DNA of 62,824 bases, the filler included, from Platydemus manokwari (Eukaryota): NCBI GenBank assembly GCA_037951405.1. It is 5 parts of 5 records of this genome, joined end to end, with 100 filler letters (N's around TTAATTAATTAA, not from the genome) between each part and the next. Parts side by side here need not be neighbours in the genome. Positions count along the whole stretch, not along the records: positions 32,528 to 43,587 come from JBBMOY010943306.1; positions 43,688 to 53,780 come from JBBMOY011170434.1; 3 more parts are not named here. One strand, written 5' to 3'. The notes beneath the pieces are model-generated. The model had not been told where the DNA came from and ran no database searches. It saw only the letters and a list, made by a program, of their open reading frames with translations. Below, one piece after another: positions 40,701 to 51,043 of this stretch. The number at the start of each line of letters is the position of its first letter. Within the stretch, counting starts at the first letter, position 1. The position numbers and the translations under genes were made by a program.

Positions 40701-42000
40701 AATAACGAAGCAAGAGATCCCTTGGAACTATCCGTTAAGATATGACGGTTGAGAAATAAGATACTGATTAAGAAAAGAAAAACCTTTCGAACAATCATTA
40801 TCACCACTTACAACTATGAATGAATACTACCCATATAGATTAGAAAAGCAAATAATTGATGAATTAAGAGATCCATTAGTTAGGGATGTAAAACAAGTAA
40901 GTGCTATACATTCAGCCACAAATAAAGGCCACAGACCTATAGTAATGGTATTAATAAATAATAAACCAACATGTAGTATTAAGTAAGAAATAGAAGAGCA
41001 AAAGGTAGGATCTCTATCTTCACTAAAAATTCATCTACATTTAAATACCGAACGAAAGTGCAAGGTCATCAGTCTAAAAAGCCATCAGAACGCAATAATC
41101 AGCGTCTCTAACCTACCAGCGACATTTACTATCGACTAGCAAATTATTGTGAAATGTATGCGGCTCGAGAAAATTCCTAAAATCCATACAGGAACAGAAA
41201 AGCCCTTAGTATATTTCAGGCACTAAATAAAAGTTTAAGTTTCTTAAGAAACCGATTACAAGAGAAGGCAAATGAAAAAGTAATAATGGAATGAATGAAC
41301 CCAGAGAAAAATGGAATAAAGAATGAACGAAATAAAGCAAAAACGAATAGAATAAAAAAAGAAGTGAAATATAGCAACAAAGTTCCAAGAAAGAGGAAAA
41401 GTGTTAGAACAAGATAAAAAAAGACAAAAAATATGTATAATGAAATGATAGGAATAGAAGCAACAATTAAAGGTTACAAAGGATGTCTAAAGAAAGAGTT
41501 AGAAACAGAGACAAAATTGGAGGCAAGATCAATAAAGGAAAGCCCAGAAAGAGAAATACAAACTCCAAAACTATCTTCGATAATAGTACAATTCTCAATA
41601 GCAAAAACCAACAGCAATCCAGGAACAAGCAATTGAGAAAGAAGTGATATCAAAAGAAAAAAAACCTTTGAGATCCAACCCCAGACATGGATATCGATTA
41701 TGAAGTCCTCTTATACTAAAAAGAAATAAGAAGAAAACAGGAAGAGAAGAAATACCAGGAAAGCCAAGAAAGTTATTTAAAATCCACGAGGACGAGGATT
41801 TTTATACCTCTATGTAGTGTTGGGAGTCTTACAAGCCACAAAGCCACATTCACATAAGGCCACATTTACATAATACATAGTTGTATATAACAATATCATA
41901 ACAACAATATTATAAACCATATACACAAACCTACAACCAGTATAAGTATATAACAATTAGAACGCTTGACTATGGACTAGCGAGCGCAGAACCCGAGAAG
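37790..42000 (+). mobile_element. Heavily decayed purine-rich retroelement-like region
   Basis: ~4 kb of strong A/G strand skew with broken coding-like sequence. HRPIVMVLINNKPTCSI (~40930) resembles the start of a retro-pepsin. LTR-like sequence from ~41813 (TGTAG...). Family not identified. Confidence 0.4.
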
Positions 42001-42079
42001 AAATCCTCAAGATAAAATAGGAATTTAAAAGACTGATCGATATTGATATTTCAATTGATTTTGTCTTGATTTTGTCATT

Positions 42080-42180
42080 TTGGTGTTAAAACAATTCTGT
42101 TTTATTTTGTTGTTTGGTGTGAATAACAATTCTATTTTTATTTATTTAGCTTGGTATTAAAACAATTGTATTTTTATTTT
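42080..42180. repeat. Minisatellite, 3 imperfect ~35-bp units
   Basis: TTGGTRT...AACAATTSTRTTTT units start at 42080, 42114 and 42151. Confidence 0.7.
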
Positions 42181-42749
42181 TCGAATTATGTGAAAAAGCG
42201 GACTAGGAGAGGGAGAATTAAATTAAGTAAAATAGTAAAATAAAATATAAAATAAAATTAATAGGAAAAAGTGAATAAAAATAAAAATAATAAAATTACA
42301 ATTATTTTAAAGAATTAAGATCATAATGAAAAATACACAAAAATTAAGATATAGCACATGCGAAGAATACCTGAATAAATACCTGAATAATGCAAAAATA
42401 TTGAAAGTCATTTTGGAAAATGCATAAAATAATCATATGGCCAAATGATAAACGAAAGGAAGGGTATAAATAGTTTGATGAAAATACATTGGCAACCACA
42501 GTAACAAAACCTACTTCTAAAAACGGATACTTTGATTAAGTAAAAAGCGTTATCAGAAGCTGTCAACGTCATTTCGCGAAGCAGTTCATTGTTAACCTGG
42601 ATATTTTCGCCGTCACTGCAGTTACTATTGTACTTGTTATTTTTGAGCGGAGTAAAGATTATCTTATTTGTATTTTTCGTTCATTTGTCATGTTAATTAA
42701 TTAAAATTTAAGTTAAAATTTAAATATTTTTATAATGTATTATTAATAT

Positions 42750-42890
42750 CTGTCATAACCAATTTTGATTGCCCACTGCTCCGTCCGCTTTCGAATTTTT
42801 CAGCTACTTGCTTTCGCGACGTGCTGAACATAGAGAAAATTTTGTTTTGTTTTTCGAAAATTGTTATCTTTTTATCTTTTGAATACATGG
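42750..42890 (-). pseudogene. Possible pogo/Tigger-type HTH transposase N-terminal remnant
   Basis: MYSKDKKITI...SRKQVAEKFESGRSS resembles the psq/CENP-B helix-turn-helix pattern. Short and unsupported downstream. Confidence 0.3.
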
Positions 42891-43587
42891 TTGCATAGAC
42901 CACATCTTGTAGTGAGTTTTGAATAAAGTATAAGACAAAATTAGCAAACAATTTTCTTGCATCGAAAAAAATTCTTATCAAAATAGTTATTAATTCAATC
43001 TACTTAAACGCTTAATTTCTCTATTAAATTCAGAACCTAATTGTTGGGTTGTGGTAGATGTTTATTCAACTCAACAGTGTGAGTCCCTTTAGTATTTATA
43101 TATCAATATGTCATCACTCAAAAACACTACTAATGACTTTTATAAACTTTTATTGAATAAAAAACAATCAAAATACAAACACAAATACAATTAACTCACA
43201 CAAAGATTTTATCAAAAACAAATTGAGTGCGGTTATCTCACAGAGACCGTGAGAACCTGTGCCTAGTCCTTAATATTTTACTATTGAGTTTAAAATATAT
43301 TAGTGACTCCAAAAGGAGATTCTTTAGAGCAAGACAAACAATGTTCGTGGTTTAAAAATAAAAAACAACTGATTACTCGTTCTACACCAAATTTTATCTT
43401 GGTAATACAAATCGTTGTAGTTAGATTTTTAAGAGTGAATTGTGATGGAAATCCCTCAGCTTATATAGGTGCTGAAATTCGGTACTTTGTACCTAGGAAT
43501 TTCCATCACACTTATAAATTTTAAACCATTTTTTCACTTTTGATCTTTAATATTTATAATTATAAAAGTTCAAAACCTTAAATATTC

Positions 43588-43687
43588 NNNNNNNNNNNNN
43601 NNNNNNNNNNNNNNNNNNNNNNNNNNNNNNNTTAATTAATTAANNNNNNNNNNNNNNNNNNNNNNNNNNNNNNNNNNNNNNNNNNNN
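43588..43687. other. Artificial contig linker
   Basis: N44-TTAATTAATTAA-N44. Confidence 0.97.
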
Positions 43688-45085
43688 GTGAGCTTGGACA
43701 CCGGAAGTTTGAATGTCCACTGCGGAATAAATGTTTGATATGCGGTAAAGAAGGACATTCGTTCAGAGAATGTCATTTAGCCAGAAAGCCTAGTTACAAT
43801 AGTCCGAGGAGAATACTGTGCATCCATGACGAAGAAGATGAAGTTAATATTCAAGCCGGAAGTGAAGCAAGTGATTGTGCCAGCTCACTTTCCATGGAAG
43901 AAAAAAACTGGAATCAACCTCCTGTGCCTATCTCGTCAGTGGGGTTGAGTCAATAGAACATATATCAGCTAGAGATTGAATAGAAGTAAATACGAAAGAT
44001 GGCAAGAAGAAGAGGAAGCATTTACTGATGTATCAGTAAGCAGATGGTAGACAGTGGAGTAAAATTGAGTGCAACGGTACACATATTGAAATGTTATGGG
44101 ATTCTGGAACAGTAGTGAATGAGAGCAATTGGAGGCACATTGGAGAGCCGCAGATTAAAAATTCTGATGTTCGATTGGTTGGTGTTTTCTCCTACACATA
44201 CAAATTGTGTCTAGAGAAAATAATAATCCCAATAGTTTGGAACAACAGGATTCTAGTATAGAAGATGATTGTAATAAAATAAATTTGTTTGTTATTGTAG
44301 ATAGATTCAGTAAGTTAGTAAGCTTACTACTACTTATTTGACAAGATGAAACAAGTATTTCCAAATCCATCATTGATAAATTGATCTATCGGTATGGTTC
44401 CCCAAAATCAATGCTCACCGATCGGGGTAGAGTCTTTGAAGGAAGGGAAATAAAAGAATTAGCAATACTTTTTGGAATAAAACAAGAGCTTACCTCCCCA
44501 TACCAACATCAAGCAAATGACTTAGCCGAAAGGAAGACTAGGACGGTCAGAGACATGGTGGTAACAACGAAGGCATCAGAAAAACAGGCTTGGGTTAAAT
44601 TAATAAATCGGATAAAATTAATCATCAATGCAACATATCAAAGTTCAATTCAACATTCTCTTTTTGAAATATTGTGTGGACGAAGAATTAATATACATGG
44701 GTTACTACTAAATGAACCAAGCCACCATCAAAGAAACGGAAAACCAGCTGAAATTAGTAGCCACAAACTTAAAGAAATTCGATGCTATAAAAAGAGGTTG
44801 TAGAATTTTCACAGTTGGAGAAGAAGTTTTAGTGAAGAAAGAACCATATAAGATAAAGAATAACGCGAGATCGTTATAAAGGTCCTCACAGAATTTTGAA
44901 ATTTTTAAGTCCACATCAAGTACAACTTGATTTCCAGGGACAGCAAAAACCTCGAAGAATTGAGTGGCTAAAAAGGATATCAAAAACAACGGAAGATGGA
45001 AGTTAGATAAAAATGAGATTTTTTTAATATTAAAAACAAACCCGTGTGATTTTTAAATAAAAATAAAATATTGATGGAAGCAACT
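43688..45085 (+). mobile_element. 5'-truncated Gypsy-like element related to 2242-4482 (knuckles, protease, integrase, short LTR)
   Basis: GELGHRKFECP..NKCLICGKEGHSFRECH double knuckle; MVDSG (~44045); LFVIVDRFSKL; YGSPKSMLTDRGRVF; TSPYQHQANDLAER. Purine tract GGAAGATGGA precedes a candidate AGT...ACT LTR at 45001-45085. Confidence 0.8.
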
Positions 45086-48000
45086 TGTGTTTATACTATC
45101 TTATAACACTAAAATTTCAATTTAGCTTCATTTATTTATTATATTTTTTTAAATTCCAACATTATATAAACAGTTCATTTAGAAATTTTATTCTGATGTT
45201 TATAAAGAATTCTTTAATTTTACCGTTAATATTATGATGCAAGCTTATTGAAATCCAAGACTTGTTCCTTGCAACAGAAAGCTCAATTATCAGTAAGCTA
45301 TTCGTCAAAGAGGGCTCTGACCGCAAACCATAGAAAACTTAATTTTGAATCCTAAATTAATAGAAACCTCTATCATAATTAATCAAATAGCAGTACTTAA
45401 TTATTGTCTCATAAAAATTTATTGTATTTAATAATTAGTTTTGAATATTGTATCAAGTGTGCTAATAATTAAATTTTATTTATTTATTTTACATTTACTT
45501 CTTTATTGGAGTCAGACTTATAAATATATTAACAACACATTAATTACTACTTAAATTTTCAACATATTCTGAGCCGCTTTATATCAAAGATATTTCAATA
45601 ATAATAAAGAACCATAGCATTTTAATGTAGTAACAAGGCAGATCTATCAAACATCAACACCCATCTTTCACATTTTATTGCATAAACATGCGCTTGTTCT
45701 GAAATTATATCACTAATGAACAGAGTACATTTTTTGTTCTTGATAACTAAATATTCTAATAATTTTCATTCTTGTTATAGATTTCACACAATTTTCAGGT
45801 TTTATTGAATCGTCAGCTCTTCCACCACAAAGTTAACGTATTGTCTAAATTCCTGATTATAAAATTAAAATAATCATAAGAGATTCCTTGCGAAGAACCT
45901 AAATATTTAGGCACTATTGTTTATAAGGGTTAGATTCCATTAGATCTGGATTTTTTAATACCGTAAGTTGTCACATACAGTGGTAATAAGTAATTGACCA
46001 TCAAAATTTATTGCACCAATCTGTTGAGGATTGGAAGTTGACAGTTTATAAAGAACAGTGACTTAAAAATTAAAGTAATTATTTTTTATTGATGTATAAA
46101 AATATGCAAACCTTTTTATTTAATTCGAAATATTTTATTTTTAAATATTATGTGACAGTATATTAGAAAAAAGTATGAATGTATAAAAATATACAATGTA
46201 AATATAAGTGCATTGTGAGACACATATGAACAGACATAAATAAATGAAATGTTTTAATGACACGCCACACACGAACAGTCATAAGCAATTACAGTCATCC
46301 GGGATATATTTAAAATATGTTTTAAATTATAAGAACTTTAAAAAATTCAATTATAAGAGTTTATTTGTAATAGATTCAGTTAATTTTGATATGATGAATG
46401 TAACCTTGAACTGTCAAATGAATTTCAACACATGATTTGATATCAGATAAAAAATAAACAATATTATGATTTGAATTGGTTAATGAAGTAACATGAGAAA
46501 TTAAACAACGAAAAATCAACTCATATTGAATTCATTATGAAAAATATATTCCAAATCATATAAAAAATGAAAGATATAATCAAAATTTTAATTTAAATTA
46601 AGAATATAATAATAAAGAGAATATTTTGAGTCAATAAAAACACAAATAAAATAAATATAAATAAAACACTACAGTCATGACAACGCAAAAGTTACCATGT
46701 CAACACATCCAGTTTTTATGACAATTGTAATAGGAAATAGAACAAATAATAATAACCATAGAATCAGAAATATAAGTAATACTGGTTTTTAATTGTCTTC
46801 AGGGCACGTCATCCTCACAATTATAAAATTAGAAAAATTTTAAATCACCCATTAATTGTTCTGAGTAATCAATGGAATACCTCACATCAATCAAAATAAA
46901 TATTACTTGTCTTTGATTATTTTATTCTATATATCTATATAACTCTAACTTATTCATGCAAAATACACTGTGGCATTATGACGAGTCAGATATTGATTGT
47001 ATTATTTGACCGCATATCTACCCTCACAGCTAATAAATTATCACAAACATCATCAAATTCCATCAGTATAAATGTTGAAAAATTGTATAGCAATTTTGAT
47101 TCGCTGCGTGAAATTTTGACAATTCCGGAGAAGATATTTTAATGCTTAAAAATCAAATTCATTAAAATAAAATCATTTAATAAAATGAATTCCCGATGAA
47201 ATTAGAACGGCAATAGCTATTAAGAATATAATAAAATCAATTGTCATGACTTTAATCACACGTTTTCTAAAAACCCGAAAATAATAAAATAAAGAACTCA
47301 TTTTTTAATAATGCAACCAAATTAAAAGAAACGAGTTGATAATTTAATCATCAACCCGAGCCATTGTTTATTCATTAGATCGTTGTCCATTACTCAAACC
47401 ACTAGCCCATTAGCAGTTGTAAGCACATTATTCCAAGTAAATCATCAATCTTACCATCGAGTGTATTCTGCCAGAAGTGAAATTTTTTTATACCCAGTTC
47501 CACCGGAAGTTCAAATTTATTAAACGTTTGTTATTTTTCAAATCATATTTTTAAATCCTTTATATTTTCTATTTATCAACATCTTGAAACTAATTTTATT
47601 CCAAAGGAACGAATGGGTAGCATCATCAAAAACTTCGTCTGAAAAAGTGTGACTGATATAGCTGTTGCATTACACAAAAACTATGTGTACAATTTTATTG
47701 TTGCTTTATATTTATGTATTATATTATCGATGCTATATTTTGTAATTCATCTGATTCCTGATATTTGTTAAATTAATTTTTGTACTAACTTATATAAGCA
47801 TTAAAAGTAACATTCATATATCATTTATAATCATTTTGACAATACACCTCATTTGTTACATAGTCGTGCAATCAGTATAATATTTTATTTGAGCTTCGAT
47901 ATCCGTTATTGTCAATCACATTTGTGTTAAATTTTAAAATTTTTAAATTTCTCTATTGTGTCAAAGACTTACAAAGGAAATTATTAAAGTAAAATCAATT

Positions 48001-48376
48001 GAGAATGAAATAATAACTTTCATTGACACCGTTCTCATTGTCTGCATACAACTGATAAAGCATAATGTAGGAGAAACATGAAAAGTGTTTATTTACCTAG
48101 GTCTTAGAATACAGAACCTAATTGAGACTGATCTAAGAGGTCCACAAAAAATTGTTCAATAATAATTAATTGAATTTATATTATTTATTTAAAAATAAAT
48201 TTTCAAATCTTAGCAATTTCATTTAAATCTTAAACATCGTTAATTTATCAAATTTTAGAACGCGCCTAAATTTTAAACAAATTTGAAAATGATTTTTTAT
48301 AAATCAATACCATATTTGAAATTGTAATTGGATATCGTGCATAATTGAAAATATACCAGGCTAGGAATAGAAATTT

Positions 48377-49790
48377 ATGGCAGATATAGAAACATCGCCA
48401 ACTGAAAGATCTGCTCATCCTACCGAAAAGAAAATTTTAGGTATTTAATTAAATGCGTAAATCATTCAATAAGATATAGCTTTCCATAATTCAGCGACCA
48501 AGATCAACGGTAAAGTCAAGTGGTTTAATGTTAAAAGTGGTTATGGATTTATCAATAGAAACGACAATCAAGAAGACATTTTTGTCCACCAAGTAATTTG
48601 TAGAATCATTTATAATGTTTTAATATAAATTATTTTCAGACTGCCATTTTGAAAAATAATCCCAGAAAATGGCAAAGATCTGTCGGTGATGGTGAAGAAG
48701 TTGAATTTGATGTCGTAGAAGGTGAAAAAGGATTGGAAGCGGCTAATGTTACAGGACCCGATGGAATACCTGTTCAAGGAAGTAAGTACGCAGCTGATAA
48801 GCGTCATTATCGTTCGAGATCTTTCGGTCGGGCCGTCGGACGGGGATTTGGGGGCAGAGCTAGGTCACTTAGAAATGGTCCTAGGGGAAGATCATTATCA
48901 AGAGAAATGGATTCAACAAATGAGGATGCTGGACCTGAGGGTGACGCTGTATTTGGAACAGAAAGAAGACGAACTCTGCCCAGTCGACGAAGGTCATATT
49001 ATCCTCGACCAATACCACCACCGCCACAAGGTGGTTACTATATGAATCGAAGACCAATTCCTTCAAGAGATGTTTTTATATTTACCTGGGTGAATATATT
49101 ACTTTATTTATCTGCAGGATTACCGTGAATCAGAAGACTATGAAAATAGGCCTATTCTGCTGGGATATAGAGGTGGTGGTGTTCCGAGAAGACGATTTAT
49201 TGGAGGCTTTGGTCGGGGTAGCCATACTAATGGAAGTTCTGGAAGCAATACTTATATTCGAGGTTATTCACCTGGGCCTCCAAATTCACGAAGATATATG
49301 GATAACCGACCTGGTCCACCTATGAATACTTATTCAGATTCAGGTCCAATAATTTCAAGAGGTTCTGGAAGATTTCGTCGAGGGAGAGGTGGACGACCAA
49401 TAATGTATCACAAGCTCAATAGTGGCATAAGTAACAGATCAACGCGTGGACGACAATTTGGAGGAGGAGAACGTAGAACATGGAGAGACTATAACTCCTA
49501 TAATAATAGAAGCAATGAAGATAATAACAACGAGGTCAGTATTTAATTATATAAATTTAGATTATTTTGTTATTTTCAATTTCTCTTAGACAGTATCGGA
49601 TGAAAAGGTAAATATTTGTCTTACAGTTTATTTTATGTTGAATTAAATTATAAATAAAATCTTATACAATAGAGGGGTAGGGCCCCAAGCTTGGATGCCG
49701 AAAGCAACCGGAGCGATGACGATGCTATCCAGGTATTAAAGTACTGTTACTAAGTCGAACTATTAATATTAGCTCCTAGAAGACGTCTGA
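48377..49790 (+). CDS. YBX1: Y-box binding protein (cold-shock domain + Arg/Gly-rich tail); exons 48377-48440, 48495-48592, 48640-49071, 49118-49534, 49590-49607, 49673-49732, last exon probably 49773-49790
   Basis: Spliced [37 protein letters not shown]|[40 protein letters not shown] is a canonical Y-box CSD. Small GT-AG introns are phase-consistent. Last exon uncertain. AATAAA at 50011. Confidence 0.93.
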
Positions 49791-50406
49791 GTTAAATATT
49801 GAAGAAATTAGAGCGTCGTGAATTTGTTTTATGAAAATGGATATAATATTGTTATTTTTGTGTTATCTCATTTATATCCTAGCTATGTTAGTTAAATGTT
49901 TCAAATATTCTGTTAAACTAACCAGACACTAAGTTGATATCTATATTTTTATCCGAATTTAGAAGCCTTGGTTCTGGAAGCTTATTTAGTAATTTCGATT
50001 GGAGTTGTATAATAAAAAGTTAAATCGAATTACATTTGCACTTAATTTCCTGCAGGACAGGATATTTATTCTGCATTTAGTTACAGAACAGAAGCATCGT
50101 AAAGTCGTTGGTTGATAGAATCGTGCTTAATAAATGTAGTGTCATCGTTAAAATTTGTTTTGTGGAGTGTAACCATACTGAAAGTTTTGACAAATGTTGT
50201 TAATTTGTTATGAGAATATCAATGGCAAGAAATGTCTTCAATATAATTTTGAAAATGACTTTATTACTTAATTTAAATTTTATTTAAATGTCGAAAAATA
50301 ATTTGTTTAAGTTAAATGAAAAATAGATACAAAAAACTTTTAAATGTACCAGATGTATTGAAATTCGTAAGTTTTTGAAATATTTCTAGAATACTAGTTT
50401 CATTAA

Positions 50407-50458
50407 ATGATGATACTTGGACTAGAGTTTCTGGTTTTGATGAAGTATATCTTTCTGA
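50407..50458 (+). ncRNA. SNORD52: Box C/D snoRNA copy 1, SNORD52/snR78-like
   Basis: C ATGATGA 50407, guide TTGGACTAGAGTT, D' CTGG 50431, C' TGATGA, D CTGA 50455. Guide is antisense to the conserved LSU rRNA sequence GACUCUAGU. Confidence 0.85.
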
Positions 50459-50619
50459 TTTTAAAAGCTTTCTTTATTTAAATATCTTATCATGCTGAGT
50501 TATAACGTTTGCTTTAGATAATCAATGATATAACTAACAGTGGAAGCATGAAACTTTACTCATCCAAATAATAATTCGTAAGAATATTTAAATTTATTTT
50601 GTTATGTAAACTTCAGTTT

Positions 50620-50672
50620 GTGATGATATTTGGACTAGAGTTTCTGGTTTTGATGAAACTATAAATCTCTGA
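50620..50672 (+). ncRNA. SNORD52: Box C/D snoRNA copy 2, SNORD52/snR78-like
   Basis: C GTGATGA 50620, identical 28-nt core TTGGACTAGAGTTTCTGGTTTTGATGAA, D CTGA 50669. Confidence 0.85.
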
Positions 50673-50810
50673 TAACAATGTCTTCATATTTTCTTTTCCA
50701 AATTTAATTAGATTTTATTAATTTCTTTTTTAGGGTATTTTAAAAGAAACTTCACTTCAGGAAACGAAAATGGTAATTTTTTATTTAAATATTAAATGCA
50801 ACTTTTATTA

Positions 50811-50861
50811 ATGATGATATTGGACTAGAGTTTCTGGTTTTGATGAAAATATTATATCTGA
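50811..50861 (+). ncRNA. SNORD52: Box C/D snoRNA copy 3, SNORD52/snR78-like
   Basis: C ATGATGA 50811, identical 28-nt core, D CTGA 50858. Confidence 0.85.
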
Positions 50862-51043
50862 TTATCATTAATAAAAAAATTTCAAATAGTTTCCAAACCA
50901 ATTTAATCTAAGTTTTTTTAGATTTCCATGATTCCAACTTAATACGGTTGAACAGTACAAATCCAGTGCTCGAGTGTTTTTAATAAATTTTAATTATTAT
51001 AAGTTCTTTTCGTTTTCTTATATTGTTTAAATTGTTTGCATTA

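Larger units (their letters stand above)
50300..51000 (+). ncRNA. Putative non-coding snoRNA host transcript (introns 50367-50517, 50578-50733, 50773-50921); start approximate
   Basis: Three GTAA...TTTAG introns of 151, 156 and 149 nt, each containing one C/D box RNA. Internal exons of 60 and 39 nt have no sustained ORF. AATAAA at 50982. Confidence 0.75.

Noticed and set aside
47502-47509. ETS-like CCGGAAGT upstream of the Y-box gene
   Set aside because: A single short motif ~870 nt from the ATG with no supporting evidence.
48722-49325. Alternative-frame and antisense ORFs over the Y-box gene
   Set aside because: Shadows of GC-richer coding exons, with no independent motifs.
50407-50861. 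Three identical 28-nt repeats resembling a CRISPR array
   Set aside because: Spacers are 160-190 nt and contain splice sites, the context is eukaryotic with no cas genes, and the repeats are explained by C/D boxes and an rRNA guide.
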